DNA of 64,000 bases. Origin: Camelus dromedarius. Its lineage: Eukaryota. The notes below the pieces were generated by a model. That model was not told the DNA's origin and ran no database searches. It worked only from the letters and a program-made list of their open reading frames with translations. The first letter of the stretch is position 1, and each line of letters starts with the position of its first letter. This document shows, in pieces, positions 12,911 to 24,920 of this stretch. Location: contig NC_087436.1 of NCBI RefSeq assembly GCF_036321535.1, positions 104,100,001 to 104,164,000 of the forward strand, read 5' to 3'. Position numbers and translations under genes: made by a program.

Positions 12911-14234
12911 CCTATTCTTTCAGCTCACAGGCATCAAAGCATCTGCCAAACTAGATCTTGGAGGAAACGTTTCGAAGTTCTTTGTTTTAAGAATCTTTAG
13001 ATACGGATTTGCTGGATGGCCTCTGTCCATCTCGAAACCGAGTGAAATGGTTCCACCCTCAAAAACGTTTGCTTGGATTTCTGGCTGGGTAGGTGGGTAT
13101 CAGCCTAAAGTTTTTGACCCAAACGATGAATTTGGTGACTAAGAGATTATTTGAATAGTAATACATTTAAAGCTGAGTATTTTGATCAAGTGAAACTGCA
13201 AACGAAGCGTTTTCCATTTTGGTGTTTATCATTTATTGTGATGGAATTTGCGATGCAGAGTGAAGGAAAGGCTATGGAACTGCATTCTGTGTCTGTTCAC
13301 CAGAGTTATCATGGGAAGGTCAAGCCATCCTGGTTAAAGTTAAAAATTAGTTACCTTTCCCCATGATACGATTGAATAAGCACATTAACAGTTCATAAAA
13401 GGGGTTGTGAAACCTCCTAAGGGAAAAAATATGTTATGTAACTGTTTGAGGGGAGAGAATTGCCTGACCCCACCTCTCAGCAGGGGGTTGAACTGCCCTG
13501 GCTGGGAGGTTCATTCCTATTTCAAAACGATTATTATTTCTCTAGGAGGGTTTATCTTTTATTGCTAATAACACTTCACTCTCCACTTTCTCTGCTCTGT
13601 CCTTTCAATCTACGTCACCACCCACACCCAGAACCAATATAAACATCTACCCAACACCGCAGCCTTGGTCTTTATTAAAGTAAAAGCAGCACCATCTTTT
13701 CTGCCTACCAACCAGGTTACAAACCTTGAAATGTCATTATGCCTAGCTTTACTGGACTTTGCTGTTAGGGTGGTTGAATATCCAGCTGAATCCAATCTAA
13801 CAAAATACATGTGGACGTCGACTGTAGCAATGACTCTCAAAGGTGAATTGAAGAGTCACAAGTGTCTATGATTGTAACAGCCCTACTATCTTAATAAGGA
13901 TAGTCTCTTTGTTAAGAATTTAAACCGTGGTTAGTAGGAATGCATTCATATATATTTTTTTAAAATAATGTTCACCTATTATAACCAGACAGTTAGGGCA
14001 CTGATATGTATATCAACTTTAAATTTTAAAGATACCGCACCTTTCATGATATAGGTCATTATTAAATATGGTAGTTAGGTTTCCAGGCAAAGATGCTCTA
14101 ATACCAAATTTAAGTGATTAGGCAGACAGAACGTGAAGTTCTTCCTGTAGTGGGAATTAAATTAAACTTTTATAACAAAAGTATAACCTTCAAATAAAAA
14201 ATTTTTTAAATGTGAACAGTCTGTCCTCTGTGTT

Positions 14235-14445
14235 CTTCCAGAGGCAATATAGGTGGGCTTTAGTCCCAGTTCCACACATTAACAAGGAGATTTACGCTAA
14301 GTTAGTTAACCCCTCTGCACCTTAGTTCATTTATAAAATGAACATAACAAAATAAGGTGATTCAGAGAGTTGGTGAAGATCAAATGGGTTGTTTCTATCA
14401 TTTGTATCACAGTAAACATTCAATATGGTTTAGCTATTATTATGT
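14235..14445 (+). mobile_element. MIR SINE
   Basis: aagttagttaacccctctgcaccttagttcatttataaaatg...cacagtaaacattcaata...ttagctattattat. Confidence 0.7.
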
Positions 14446-14454
14446 TCTACTACT

Positions 14455-14695
14455 GATAATTAATGTTTATTGAGGGCTTATCTTGTACCAGGAGCTCTGT
14501 TATGAGTGCCTTGCTCATCTTACCTTAATGATGTAAAAATCTTACTTCAGTAGGTACTATTATCCTGATTTTATAGATAAGGAAAATGAGGCACAAAGAT
14601 TCTGAGCAATGTTTCCAATGTCACACAATAGCTAAGTGATAGGGCTGGGATTTGAACCCAGAATATCTAGCTCCAAATCCCTTTTATTTAACTAG
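14455..14695 (-). mobile_element. MIR SINE
   Basis: attttatagataaggaaaatgaggcacaaag...gggctgggatttgaacccag. Confidence 0.85.
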
Positions 14696-14820
14696 TGTGA
14701 CCAGACAATAGCACTTCTCAAGTCATTGTACTTAACTCATGGCAGGTCAGTGATAAGAGAAAACTATCAGCAAAAATTGAAAGCCATGGGCCATGGGTGT
14801 TTCCAACCAAAATGCATCCA

Positions 14821-14979
<159 letters not shown>

Positions 14980-15119
14980 ACCTACAGAAGATGTCATTGG
15001 AAAAATAACTAAAATAACTGAATAATGAGTTATTTCCTTATCTTTCCAATTACTCCTGAAAGAAAAGTAAAAGAATTCCAAATTTTTGGTTGTGAAGTGG
15101 TAAGTCAAGAAAACAATAC

Positions 15120-15800
15120 AAATAGCAAACCAACATGAAGAAAATGTTCTTCTTGATGGTAATGAGGTAACAGCAACACGCAGTGTGTGTTGTCGTGGGG
15201 AGGACCAGCAGAGGTGCAGAGTCAAACAACCTTCCACAGGGCAATTTGGCAGTGTATTCCAAAAGCCTTCAGCAAGCATGCCCTCGACACAGCCATTCCA
15301 CTTCTTGGAGTTAATTCCATACAAAAGAATGCATAAACATTTATTTAAACATTATTTATAGTAAAAAATTGAGGGCAACCTCATGGAAAATGCATTTTTT
15401 TCCTAAGGAAATGGACATGGATGTATGCAAAGATTTACCAACACAGACTAGTAAATAACAGGAAAAAGAAGAAAGAAAGGAAAAAGGGAGAGAGAGAAAG
15501 AAAGAAAGAAAGAGAAGGAAAAGAAGGAAGGAAGAAAATGACTTCAGTTGTTAAAAAGGAGGAATTAAATAAATTATAGTGTACCTGCAATAATTTGGAA
15601 GTCGTGTTGCAGGGACCTATAAATATGCATATGAAAAGACTCAAAGAACAGACCCTAAGAGGTTAGCAGCTGCAATATCAGAGTTGAACTAAAAGTGGAT
15701 TTTGCTTTATTTTCTTTGTGTTTTCCAGATTTTCTGCATTAATCATGTATTACTTTTGTATTAGGGGAAAATAACAATATTATAACAAATAAAAATATTT
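15120..15800 (+). mobile_element. Old L1ME-type fragments with a purine-rich low-complexity insert (about 15460-15540)
   Basis: agggcaatttggcagtgtatt...acacagccattccacttcttggag...ttttctgcattaatcatgtattacttttgta. Confidence 0.6.
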
Positions 15801-15823
15801 ATTTTAGTGTAATAATTTCAGAC

Positions 15824-16380
15824 CTGTGTCAATCAAGATTCTAAACTTTAGGTGACAGAAAATCCAGGTCAAACTGCCTTAAGAAAAAGGGAGTCATTGC
15901 TGAACATGCCTCAGGCATGGTTGGATCAAGCTTCAGACAATGACGTGAGGATTTGATCCTTCTCTCACCATCTCTTTATCTCTTGTCTTTCTTTTCTTTC
16001 TGTTGCTTCATTTTCAGAATTGTTCTCTCCATGTGGTGGCACACATGTCCACAGATGTTTATATCCTCCTCCCTCAGCAAATCCACCAATTGCCTTTTTC
16101 ATAAAGCTTCAAATAAAAGTCCTGGATCTAATTTTTATTGGCCATCTTGGGATGGTGTACCCATCCCTGATCCAATCAAATACCCCTGTAAATGGAATGC
16201 CACGATTGGTTATGAATGAGTCACATGTCCTCTGCTGGAGCCAGGAGGTGGGATTAGCTAGAATGGAAAGGAGTGAGAGTTGGGGAAATACGGTTCCCTA
16301 AGATACAATAGGGTTTCATGTTACAAAAAGAAAAGTGGAGTATGCTGGTGAGGTTAAAGCCACAAAAACAAAGAAACAAA
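15824..16380 (-). mobile_element. MaLR solo LTR (MLT1K/L-like)
   Basis: tgtgtcaatcaagattct...gtgacagaaaatcc...cccatccctgatccaatca...gattgg motifs. Confidence 0.65.
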
Positions 16381-16399
16381 TTGCCCAGGGTAGCAAATT

Positions 16400-17369
16400 G
16401 CTATGGTTGTCCCACACCTCACATCCTCACACCAGACCAGGTGTGATCCAGGGACAGAGAATCTCTTTTAGTATTTTCCACCCAAGTCCTGTGATTGTCA
16501 CCTCTCTCACTGGCCCAAATGGAAAGAGTATAAGAAGTATCAGTATTAATTCTTTAAATTCTTGGTAGAACTCACCAGTGAAGCCATCTGGTCCTAGATT
16601 TTTTTGTTGGGATATTTTTGTTTTGTTTTGTTTTGTTTTTTGATCACTGATTTAAGCTCCTTACTATTAATCGGTCTGTTCAGATTTTCTATTTCTCTAT
16701 GATTCAACCTTGATAGGTTATATGCTTTTAGGAATTTATCCATTTCTTCTAGGTTGTCCAATTTGTTCGCACATAATTGTTTACAGTAGTCTCTCATGAT
16801 CTTTTGCATTTCTGTGAAAGGACTTATAATGTCTCCTCTTTCACTTCTAATTTTATTTATTTGAGTCTTCCCTCTTTTTTTTCTTGGTAAGTCTAATTAA
16901 AGGCTTGTCTATTTTGTTTATCTTTTTAAAAATACAGCTCTTAGTTTCATTGGTCCTTTCTATCGTCTTTTTTCTATTGCCTTTTTAGTCTTTAAACCAT
17001 ATTTCATTTAAATTTTCTGCTCTGATCTTTGTCATTTCTTCTTTCCTACTAATCTGGGCTTACTTTGTTCTTTTTCTAGTTCCCCGAGGTATAAAGTTAG
17101 GTTGTTTACTTGAGCTCTTTCTCTTCTTTTAATGTAGAATCATTGGCCCAAATTGAGTCACGAACCCATCCCTGACCAATCCATATGGCCTGAGGAAGGG
17201 GATGCATTGATTGGTTTGAGCCAACTATAATTCATTCCCGGAGGTGGGGCTGAGGTCATTCCTGTCTAGACCAACAGTGAGAGTGAAAGAGGTGAGTATT
17301 CCCTAGGAAAATTAACACGGGGAAGGAAAGAATCTATGCTGGAGAGACGACCAGCAAATGTCCATCACA
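16400..17369 (-). mobile_element. Second old MLT1-type LTR, split by an L1 fragment at 16521-17139
   Basis: cattggcccaaattgagtcacgaacccatccctgaccaatc...gattggtttgagcc..., ending caaatgtccatcaca. Confidence 0.55.
16521..17139 (-). mobile_element. Internal L1 ORF2 fragment (between EN and RT), no 3' UTR
   Basis: ORF 16594-16809(-) QKIMRDYCKQLCANKLDNLEEMDKFLKAYNLSRLNHREIENLNRPI matches L1 ORF2p. It is flanked by tca(c/t)tggcccaaat. Confidence 0.92.
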
Positions 17370-17535
17370 CCTCCTTAGGAGTCAATGTGTTTCAATGCTA
17401 TCTAGTCATCCATTTCTGAATAGGAAATATTTATTAAAACTATATCTTGCTTGCAGTTTAGTTGCAGGATATTGCTAACTTACATGACTAAATGAAGAAG
17501 CAAACACATGCCATGGGTCTTAGTCTCCATTTTAA

Positions 17536-17696
17536 GTCACTAAGTTATTATTCTTTTTTACTTGTTTTGGTTGGGGGGAAGGGAGGTAATTAGGTTTATT
17601 TATTTGTTTTTTAATGGCGGTACTGGGGATTGAACCCATGACCTTGTGCATGCTAAGCACACACTCTACCACTGAGCTATATCCTCCCCATCCATA
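17536..17696 (-). mobile_element. Vic-1-type SINE (long-tail form) with 12-bp TSD
   Basis: tRNA-like head. The TSD tctccattttaa occurs at 17524-17535 and 17697-17708. Confidence 0.93.
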
Positions 17697-18259
17697 TCTC
17701 CATTTTAAACCTTTCAAATATGCCTGCTGTTATGCAGAGAGGTAGAGATAATCACAGCATCCTGTAAACTGCCCCGCACAGCCACAGGCAGGCAGCCTCA
17801 GTCCTCTTGGCTTGTAATAACCCAAAAATCGTTGTATTATTTTGTAATACGTATTTTCATGAAACTTTGTTTAGGGAAACATATGGGGCTTTGAAATGTC
17901 AGCAAGCTGGGAGGAAAGCAGGAAGTATATGGAGTTTTGTGCTCCTGTCTCTTTTATTTACAGAGTGGGTTCAAAGTCGTGCAGGGTTAGCCATAAAAAC
18001 AAACAAAATGATCCATGCCTGCTTTGGATGACATCTGTCCACTCATGGACACTCATTAGCTTTTGGTTTGGAAAGGTTTGCAGTGGATGGCACGGGCTGG
18101 GAATGAGATGTTTTCTTTCCCTCTCAAGAAGGAAGTGTGCATGAATCCTTTCAGAGCCAGGTTCTTCTGTGATAAATAAATGTGCTCTGCCTGCAAGAGC
18201 AACAAGAAAACCTCGGCAACTGACAGCTTAAGAGGGGAAAACAAATTCACCAAGGCTAA

Positions 18260-18420
18260 TGTCATTGCAAATGAGGGACAGCTTTGAAGGTGACGTGATG
18301 AAAAATGCTCTGCACAGACAACAGCCGGGCTTGGCATACGAGGTGACTCACTTTTCTGTTTTCCCACGTGGCAACTGCTGCAGAAAACTCCCCCATCTTG
18401 TCTCGCATGAGTCAACGGAA
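18260..18420. promoter_or_regulatory. Candidate enhancer (AP-1/E-box/CRE-like motif cluster)
   Basis: TGACGTGA 18291, TGACTCA 18344, CACGTG 18365 and TGAGTCA 18408 in repeat-free DNA. Motif evidence only. Confidence 0.35.
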
Positions 18421-19379
18421 TTCTGCAAAAGTGTCATAAAATGTCAGTGAAAACATTTCCTTCATCGGGGCCCAGAAGACGATGGAAGTGGGGAAGGGAG
18501 GGTCACAGAGGGAAGTGGTCTGCCTGGCCACCAGAGGTCTACCACACATAAAGAATGGGCACCCGTCTGGCTTGTGCATGACAGCAAACTGGGACAGAGA
18601 GTTCCAGCACAAGCCCGGCGAACCCCGCCACGGTCCCTGGCTCCCCGCCATGCTCATGGAACATCTACCACTAGTCAAGGACCTACGTTATCAGGCAGCA
18701 ATGGACACTTCCTTTTTCTAATCTCTGACTTTTGCCACTACTGTTTTATCCTTTGGATTTTCTAGGTCCAAGACCTGGGTGTGATGAGATTCCAGGGGCC
18801 CATAAACATGGCTGAGCCCCCAAAGAAAACAATTATCAGCTCTAACACATACACGGAGCACCGCAAAACCTGAATTACCAAGTGCTTCCATAAATGCCCA
18901 CAAAGCAGAGCATTATCCCAATTTCATTAACGGTTGAGTTGATTATTCAGAAAAATTTCATTACGTTTGAAGATCATTTTAAGGTTAGATTTGATTTCAC
19001 TTCAAAAGAACTCCCAAGCATGCATGACTGCTAAGTCAGAGCCAATTGTAAATGAACTGCCGCACTTGCTGCCAAATGACTTCAAAAGCAAAATTATAAT
19101 AGTCCTTTTAAAAATGTAAACCAAAATTATGTTTAATGTGGAAAGTAGGTGCATATAAATAGATTTTCTAAGATGGAAGTTGGGACCTTCAAGAGAAAGG
19201 GTGGCTAGGACTTGAAGACTTTTCGAACAGTTCAGAAGATGCTGAGTGTTTATTCACATGCATGCTTAAGTTCAGAAGACTTCTCCTCTGTGCATCACAT
19301 TAGGACTCACGCATCCTTACCCCAAATGCAGCATGAGAGTCAAGGCATACAGAAATCTGAGTAAAGTGATTCCCGTCCA

Positions 19380-20000
19380 GTTAGCAACCGGTCAACAGAC
19401 ATTTATGTGCCAAGTATATTCCAGGAGATGTTCTGGGCACTAAGAATACAGCCATAAAAACAAATACATCCCTATACTAATGGAGCTTTCAGTCTAATGG
19501 GGCTAAAGACCATCACCAGATAAGGTAAACGTATAATATGTTAAGTGGTGGTAAGTACTAAGGAGAAAGAAAAGTACAGTGGAAAGTGTGTTGAAGGTTA
19601 CAGTTTTAGACACAGTGGTAAGAGAAGGCCTCAGTGAGAAGGGGTTATTTGAGCAAAGTACTGAAATTGGAGAGGAGGAAAGTCAGGCAGATATCTGAAG
19701 GAAAAGCATTCCAGGATGAGGGAAGGGCAAGAACAGATGCCCAGAGGCATGAAATGTTTGGGTAGTTTGAGGAAGAACAAGAGGTCAGCACAGTTACAGA
19801 GAAGCAATCAAGGTGAGGACTAGTATTTGGTAAGGTCTGAGAACCCAAGTGGATAAGGCCTCATGAGTCGTGTGAGGAGTTTAGGCTTTATTCTGAGTGG
19901 GATGGGAAGCCATTGGAGGCACCAGCGTGACGCGCTCTGGTTTCTCTGTTACTGACCAGATGACCATGGCTGCAGCGCTGTGCACAGGCTGAAGGTGACA
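19380..20000 (-). mobile_element. L2a 3' fragment
   Basis: caacagacatttatgtgcc...agagaaggcctcagtgagaagggg...ttattctgagtgggatgggaagccattggagg. Confidence 0.85.
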
Positions 20001-20914
20001 GGAGCAGGCGCAGGGCGATCGTGGGTTTTGCTGTTGCTACAGCCAAGCCTACAGTCATCTAGATGAGAGGCATTGGCAGCCTGGACCCGTGTGTGAGTGA
20101 TGGAAATGATGAGAAATGATAAGATGCTGGATCCTTTTACATTTTACATTTTTACCTTTTTTCTGTGTGGGTGCTCCGCTCCTCTCTCCAGCATTCCCCA
20201 CTCTGTTCAGGGGAAACAGAAGCGAAACAGAGCAGAAATGGGTTCTCCAAGACCCGGAAGCCCCAGCACCCCTTCCAGGTACTCCCAGGGACTGAGATTT
20301 CACCCCAGCTGCCTGGATCCCAGGCACCATCTCTGGCTCCCAGAACCTCCACAGGTCATAATCCTGGGAGAGGAAATAGACGGCCCAGTTTAGCGCAGGT
20401 TGCTCACAAACACTAAAGAAAAAAATTCAATTACTCTTTTCTTCAAGGAACCAGCTAGGCGCTGGGGATTTCTTTTGTCTTTGCTTCCAGCAACTGCTCT
20501 GGGAGGTCACAACCTGCCTTTGTTGAGCTTTGGCCTCCCAGACATACATTCCTTTGGAGATGCCACAGTCACTGTTTCCAGAAGCTCAGATGAGTTTCCT
20601 ACATATGTGCTAACCCCTGGGCTTACCTTGAGCTTGGCCTCAGAAACGGCCTTACAGCGCTCTGCTCCCCTGGGGCCTGGGTCACCGCTGCCAGTAACGT
20701 ACTGGTCTTCAGTCCAGGAGCTGTCAGGCAGGCTGGGGTATGGTAAGAGGACCAATATTGGGGCAGGGCTGAAAAATAAATTTTAAAATTATCAAAGTGG
20801 TCCATGATTGTTTAAAAATATTCACACAATACAATTTTTTTTAAAAGTCTAAAAGTGAAAATTCTTAGTCTTTAGGTGAAACCAATGGAAATAGCTTGAT
20901 TGACAGCCTTCCAG

Positions 20915-21060
20915 ATCACAGGTGCTTGTTGTAAACGCAGACTTGCAGGGTCCCCCACCTAGGCTACCTCTTAATCAGGAGCAGAGCGTGGTATGAATAT
21001 ACAGTTTAACAAGCTCACCAGGTGATTCTTATGGGCTCTAAAGTCTGAGAGGCCTACAGC
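20915..21060. mobile_element. MER5-family MITE fragment
   Basis: tttaacaagctcaccaggtgattcttatg...aaagtctgagagg. Confidence 0.65.
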
Positions 21061-21103
21061 CTTGAACTTTCTATTAACACAAAATGTGTGTGTATGACTA
21101 TAG

Positions 21104-21107
<4 letters not shown>

Positions 21108-21146
<39 letters not shown>
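21108..21146. repeat. (CA)19 microsatellite
   Basis: Read directly. Confidence 0.97.
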
Positions 21147-21151
<5 letters not shown>

Positions 21152-21804
21152 TAAACATATACCTACATGCACAAAGGGGTTCATATAACACAGACTGAAT
21201 GTAGCTGGGCTAATCTGACTCCACAACACATCACTGATGACCTGTCCATATATCAGAAGATGCAGCAATCATTCATATTTTTAAACAGCCACTTCCTGTT
21301 CCCCAGTAGGGATGGACATACAGTGTTTAACTGCCCCCTCCCCCACTGTTAGGCATTTGTGTTGTCTTCCCATTATTTGGAGCTGGTTTTGGATCCTTCC
21401 TTGGCCACTTGTAGCTGTGTTCCATTAATCAAGTGTTTAACTCTTTCATGACTCTCTTTTTCCGCTTATTCTCAGTCTCCCCCGAGGTTGTTCTGAGAGC
21501 TGAAGGAGCACCTGTAACATTGTGCCTGGCAGAGGATCAGTGATGAAATAGTAACTGACATTCAGTTATTTTTGGACTTGCTTCTAACTCCTGGGTCTAA
21601 AAACCTGGTATCTAGGACAGGCTTCCAGTGTTCCAGCTGGGGTCCTGCAGGGCTTCCCTTCCCCACATTTGAGTAACACCCCACAACCCAGAGACTCAGA
21701 TCACTTTGGCTTCTACTTTGGGCCGCTGTACTCACCGCCATGGCACAAAGAACACATTTGATTCTACCTAGAAGGACATTTCTTCAAACTGGACTGAAGT
21801 TTCC

Positions 21805-23430
21805 TTTCAACATTTTAATTTGCTATAATTTGAGCCATGGAAAAGTTGCAAGATTGGTACAAGGATTCTTCACTCATATGCCCCAACTGTTAACATTTAC
21901 CGCGTTTGTTCTGCAGTCACACAGACACATACACGTAGACACACCCAGACACCGCCCTGTGCCCCACACATACACATTTTTGTTCTGAATGTTCTGAGTG
22001 TCCATTGCCGCTGGGGTGACCAACTCCTCCCAGTTTGCCTGGGACATTGCTGATTTTAATATTAAAAGGCAAACATCTGGTAACTGATGGTCCATGCCCA
22101 TCCTGGACTGAGATAGTTCTGAACCACTTTAATTGCTGTAACCCAAGGGGCCGAGTGGATGTCTGAAGGAGGTGAGGAAGCAGAATTCATGTTGTTCAGT
22201 CTCCTCCACTGCCTCAGAGAGTTCTGCTTCCTCTTCATCTTCTGTCTCATCCCTCAGGGCTTAGCTGATTGGCCCTTTCAGAGCACAGGAGAAGGATCTC
22301 ATTTCCCCCTAAACCTGGCCAGTCACACAACCTCAGGAGCTACTATCAGTCCCAGCAGGAGCCTGTCTCAGCCACTGGGTGTCTGGGATTCAGAGGACTC
22401 AATCTGAGCCTTAGCAGAGCAAAACGTCATTCCAGTGTTTTCTTCTCCTCCTAGAAATCCATTTTTTTTTAAAGTTCACCTTATAGAAGTTACAGTAAGT
22501 CATATAATTTTCACAAATCTCATATACCTAGAACATAATAATGAGTAAGTTTAAGATCAAGCATTTACCAGAATTGATTGCACATTTTATTGTATGGTAT
22601 CCTTTCAGGATACTTTGGCTTCAGAGCTTATTTCTCACCTGGAATTGTCACCTGCTGAAAGAATTTATTATTGTTTCTTAAATTAAAGGAAATAATGACT
22701 ATAGTGCCATGGAAATACAAAAGTCCCACATGTGGGAGTTCTTTTAGTCCCAGGCAAACAGGGACAACTGGTCACCCTAGTTGCAGCCATGCTGCCCATT
22801 TACCTGTAAATACCTCAGTGTGTATGTACTAAAATCAAGGGCATAACCACTGTATAATTATCAAAATCTGGAACTAACTTTGACACAAAACACTATTCAA
22901 TCTGCAGACCCTTTTCAGATTTGTCTATCTTCCCAATAATGCCCTTTATAAAAAGAAAATCCTGGGTCATATGTTGCCTTCACTTTTCACATTTCTTTTC
23001 AATTCTTCAATCTGGACCAGTTCATTTCCTCAGTATTTGTCCTTCATGGCACTGCTGTTGGTGAATATAGTCCAAATATTATGTAGAATGCTCCTCAGTA
23101 AGGGTTTCTTTGATGTTTTCACATGATTGAACTCAGATTATTTACTTTTGGCAGGAATCCCACAGAAGTGAGGCACATGGTGTTGATTTATCCTGTGACC
23201 AGTTGTCTTAACTTTGACCACTTGATTGAGGGGGGTTTTGCCAGGTTTCTCCCCCATAAAAATGACTATTTCCCCTTTGCAATTAATAAGTATGTTGTGG
23301 GGAGATATTTAGAGATTACGGAAATATCTTGTTTCTCATTAAAGTCTCTCACTTGTTTTAGTGTCCACTGATGACTCTTGATTGAACCAATTATTTTTAT
23401 GAGTGGATACCCAATGATTGGACTCTATTT
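21805..23430 (-). mobile_element. L1MC4/5-type 3' region, interrupted at 22012-22779
   Basis: gaaaagttgcaaga...ctgttaacattta; resumes gttgcagccatgctgcccatttacctgtaaatacctcagtgtgtat...taactttgaccacttgattgagggg. Confidence 0.7.
22012..22779 (+). mobile_element. MER81 hAT-Blackjack MITE split by a 650-bp insert
   Basis: TIRs gggtgaccaactcctcccagtttgcctgggac / gtcccaggcaaacagggacaactggtcacccta. The 8-bp flanks attgccgc/gttgcagc match at 6/8. Confidence 0.75.
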
Positions 23431-23546
23431 TTGAAAATGTTTAACAGGGGAGACTCTGCGTTAGAAGTGCATGAGTTTAAGGAGGAGAGAGACAAGTTTG
23501 AGATAATTACAGTACAATATAGCAATTGCTCTGTAATGAAATAAAG

Positions 23547-23771
23547 CAGGGGATGGCAAGCTACAAGCCCTCAGGGTCAAATCTAGCCCAGCACTTATTT
23601 TTGTAAATAAAATTTTATTGCAACACCGCCATGTCCTTTTGCTTGCCTGTTTGTCTCTGCAACTTTCTCACTGTAATGGCAGAACTGAGAAGATGGAGCA
23701 GAGACCGTGTGACCCTCAAAGCCTAACATATTTACTACCTGGCCCTTACAGAAAGAGTCTGCTGACCCTTG
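23547..23771 (+). mobile_element. MER58A MITE, full length
   Basis: caggggatggcaagctac...tttttgtaaataaaattttattg...tatttactacctggcccttacagaaagagtctgctgacccttg. Confidence 0.88.
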
Positions 23772-24920
23772 ATAAATTGCCTGTGGGGAGGGCTCTCACA
23801 TAGAGGGAACATTCATCTGCTCTGTAGGCCCTGAAGGGTACAGCAATTCTGAGGGGTTGGGAGGGTACAGCAAGTCCCACGCACTCCGGTCCTAGAAACT
23901 AGGAATGCGTAGGGCTTCCCCATTTGGGTTGCCACACACGCTGTAGAGGTGTCATGCCATGTCTTACCTAAAAGAGATTAATTCTGGTTTTTTATTTGTT
24001 TGTTTTTAAGTATGACTATAAATTATCAAGAAGGAAAATTATACCAAGTCACAGTTATTAAACACAATTACCATAATTAGCAGGATCAAAAATCTTTGCA
24101 TATCAAAGTATTGCCAAGTCCTGTAAGAAGGTCCTGTTTATTTCTAGCAAATATTTGGTACAATAAAACTCCAGGGATCAAAAGAATTCGAACAACATTC
24201 AAAGCTGTTTTGGCACTAGATTTGGTAAAGACAAATAATAAGGGTTATTGGGAGGTTAAAAGTATCAATTAGTCATTTACATGTGAATTTGCTTTTATTT
24301 CCAGAACGTTTCTTGTTCACTAAAGCTCTGGGCAGGATTAAATTAAATGTGAGGCTCAGAAGGCTGTTTTGTGATAGGAAAAGGAAGTTCTGGCAAACCA
24401 ATTAAGAGCTCAAAGTAACTTTATCTTGTTGATTGTTCCCTTGTATGGGGAACACCCATGTAGTGCTGGAATGACCAACTCCAGGAAAAGATCAGATTTT
24501 TAGGCCAAGTCTATATGATTAAAGCAAAGTAGAGAGTGAAATACTTTCTGGTGAATTTTGGCCACACACACAAAAATTGATCTAGATTTTTCTAAAGTCA
24601 AGACAACAATTTCTCATTGATAAAAACCATCTGTAGGAGAGTCCTGCCTGAGATAGCATTGGGGTGAGGTGGTAAAGAGAATTTAGTGAGTGATAGAGTT
24701 CTTACTAAAAAGTATTACTTTACACTCTAGGGAAGCGTGCAATTTAAAGGAGTTAAAGGAGCCCAAAACACGGGACAGAATGTGAAAGATTTGGAGGAAT
24801 ACAAAATAAAGCCCAGTTGATTATAGAATGACAGAAGATGGAAAAGAAAAAGCAGACTGGTCCTTGTAAGACTCAAGCACAGAAGCTTCTGCCTAAGACA
24901 CTCACTGAAGGTGGATGATT

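Noticed and set aside
13769..13842. Possible 74-nt exon (ttag|...aag|gtgaat)
   Set aside because: Weak polypyrimidine tract, unrecognised peptide and no partner exons.
23835..23873. 12-bp direct repeat agggtacagcaa, two copies
   Set aside because: Only two copies, consistent with a small local duplication.
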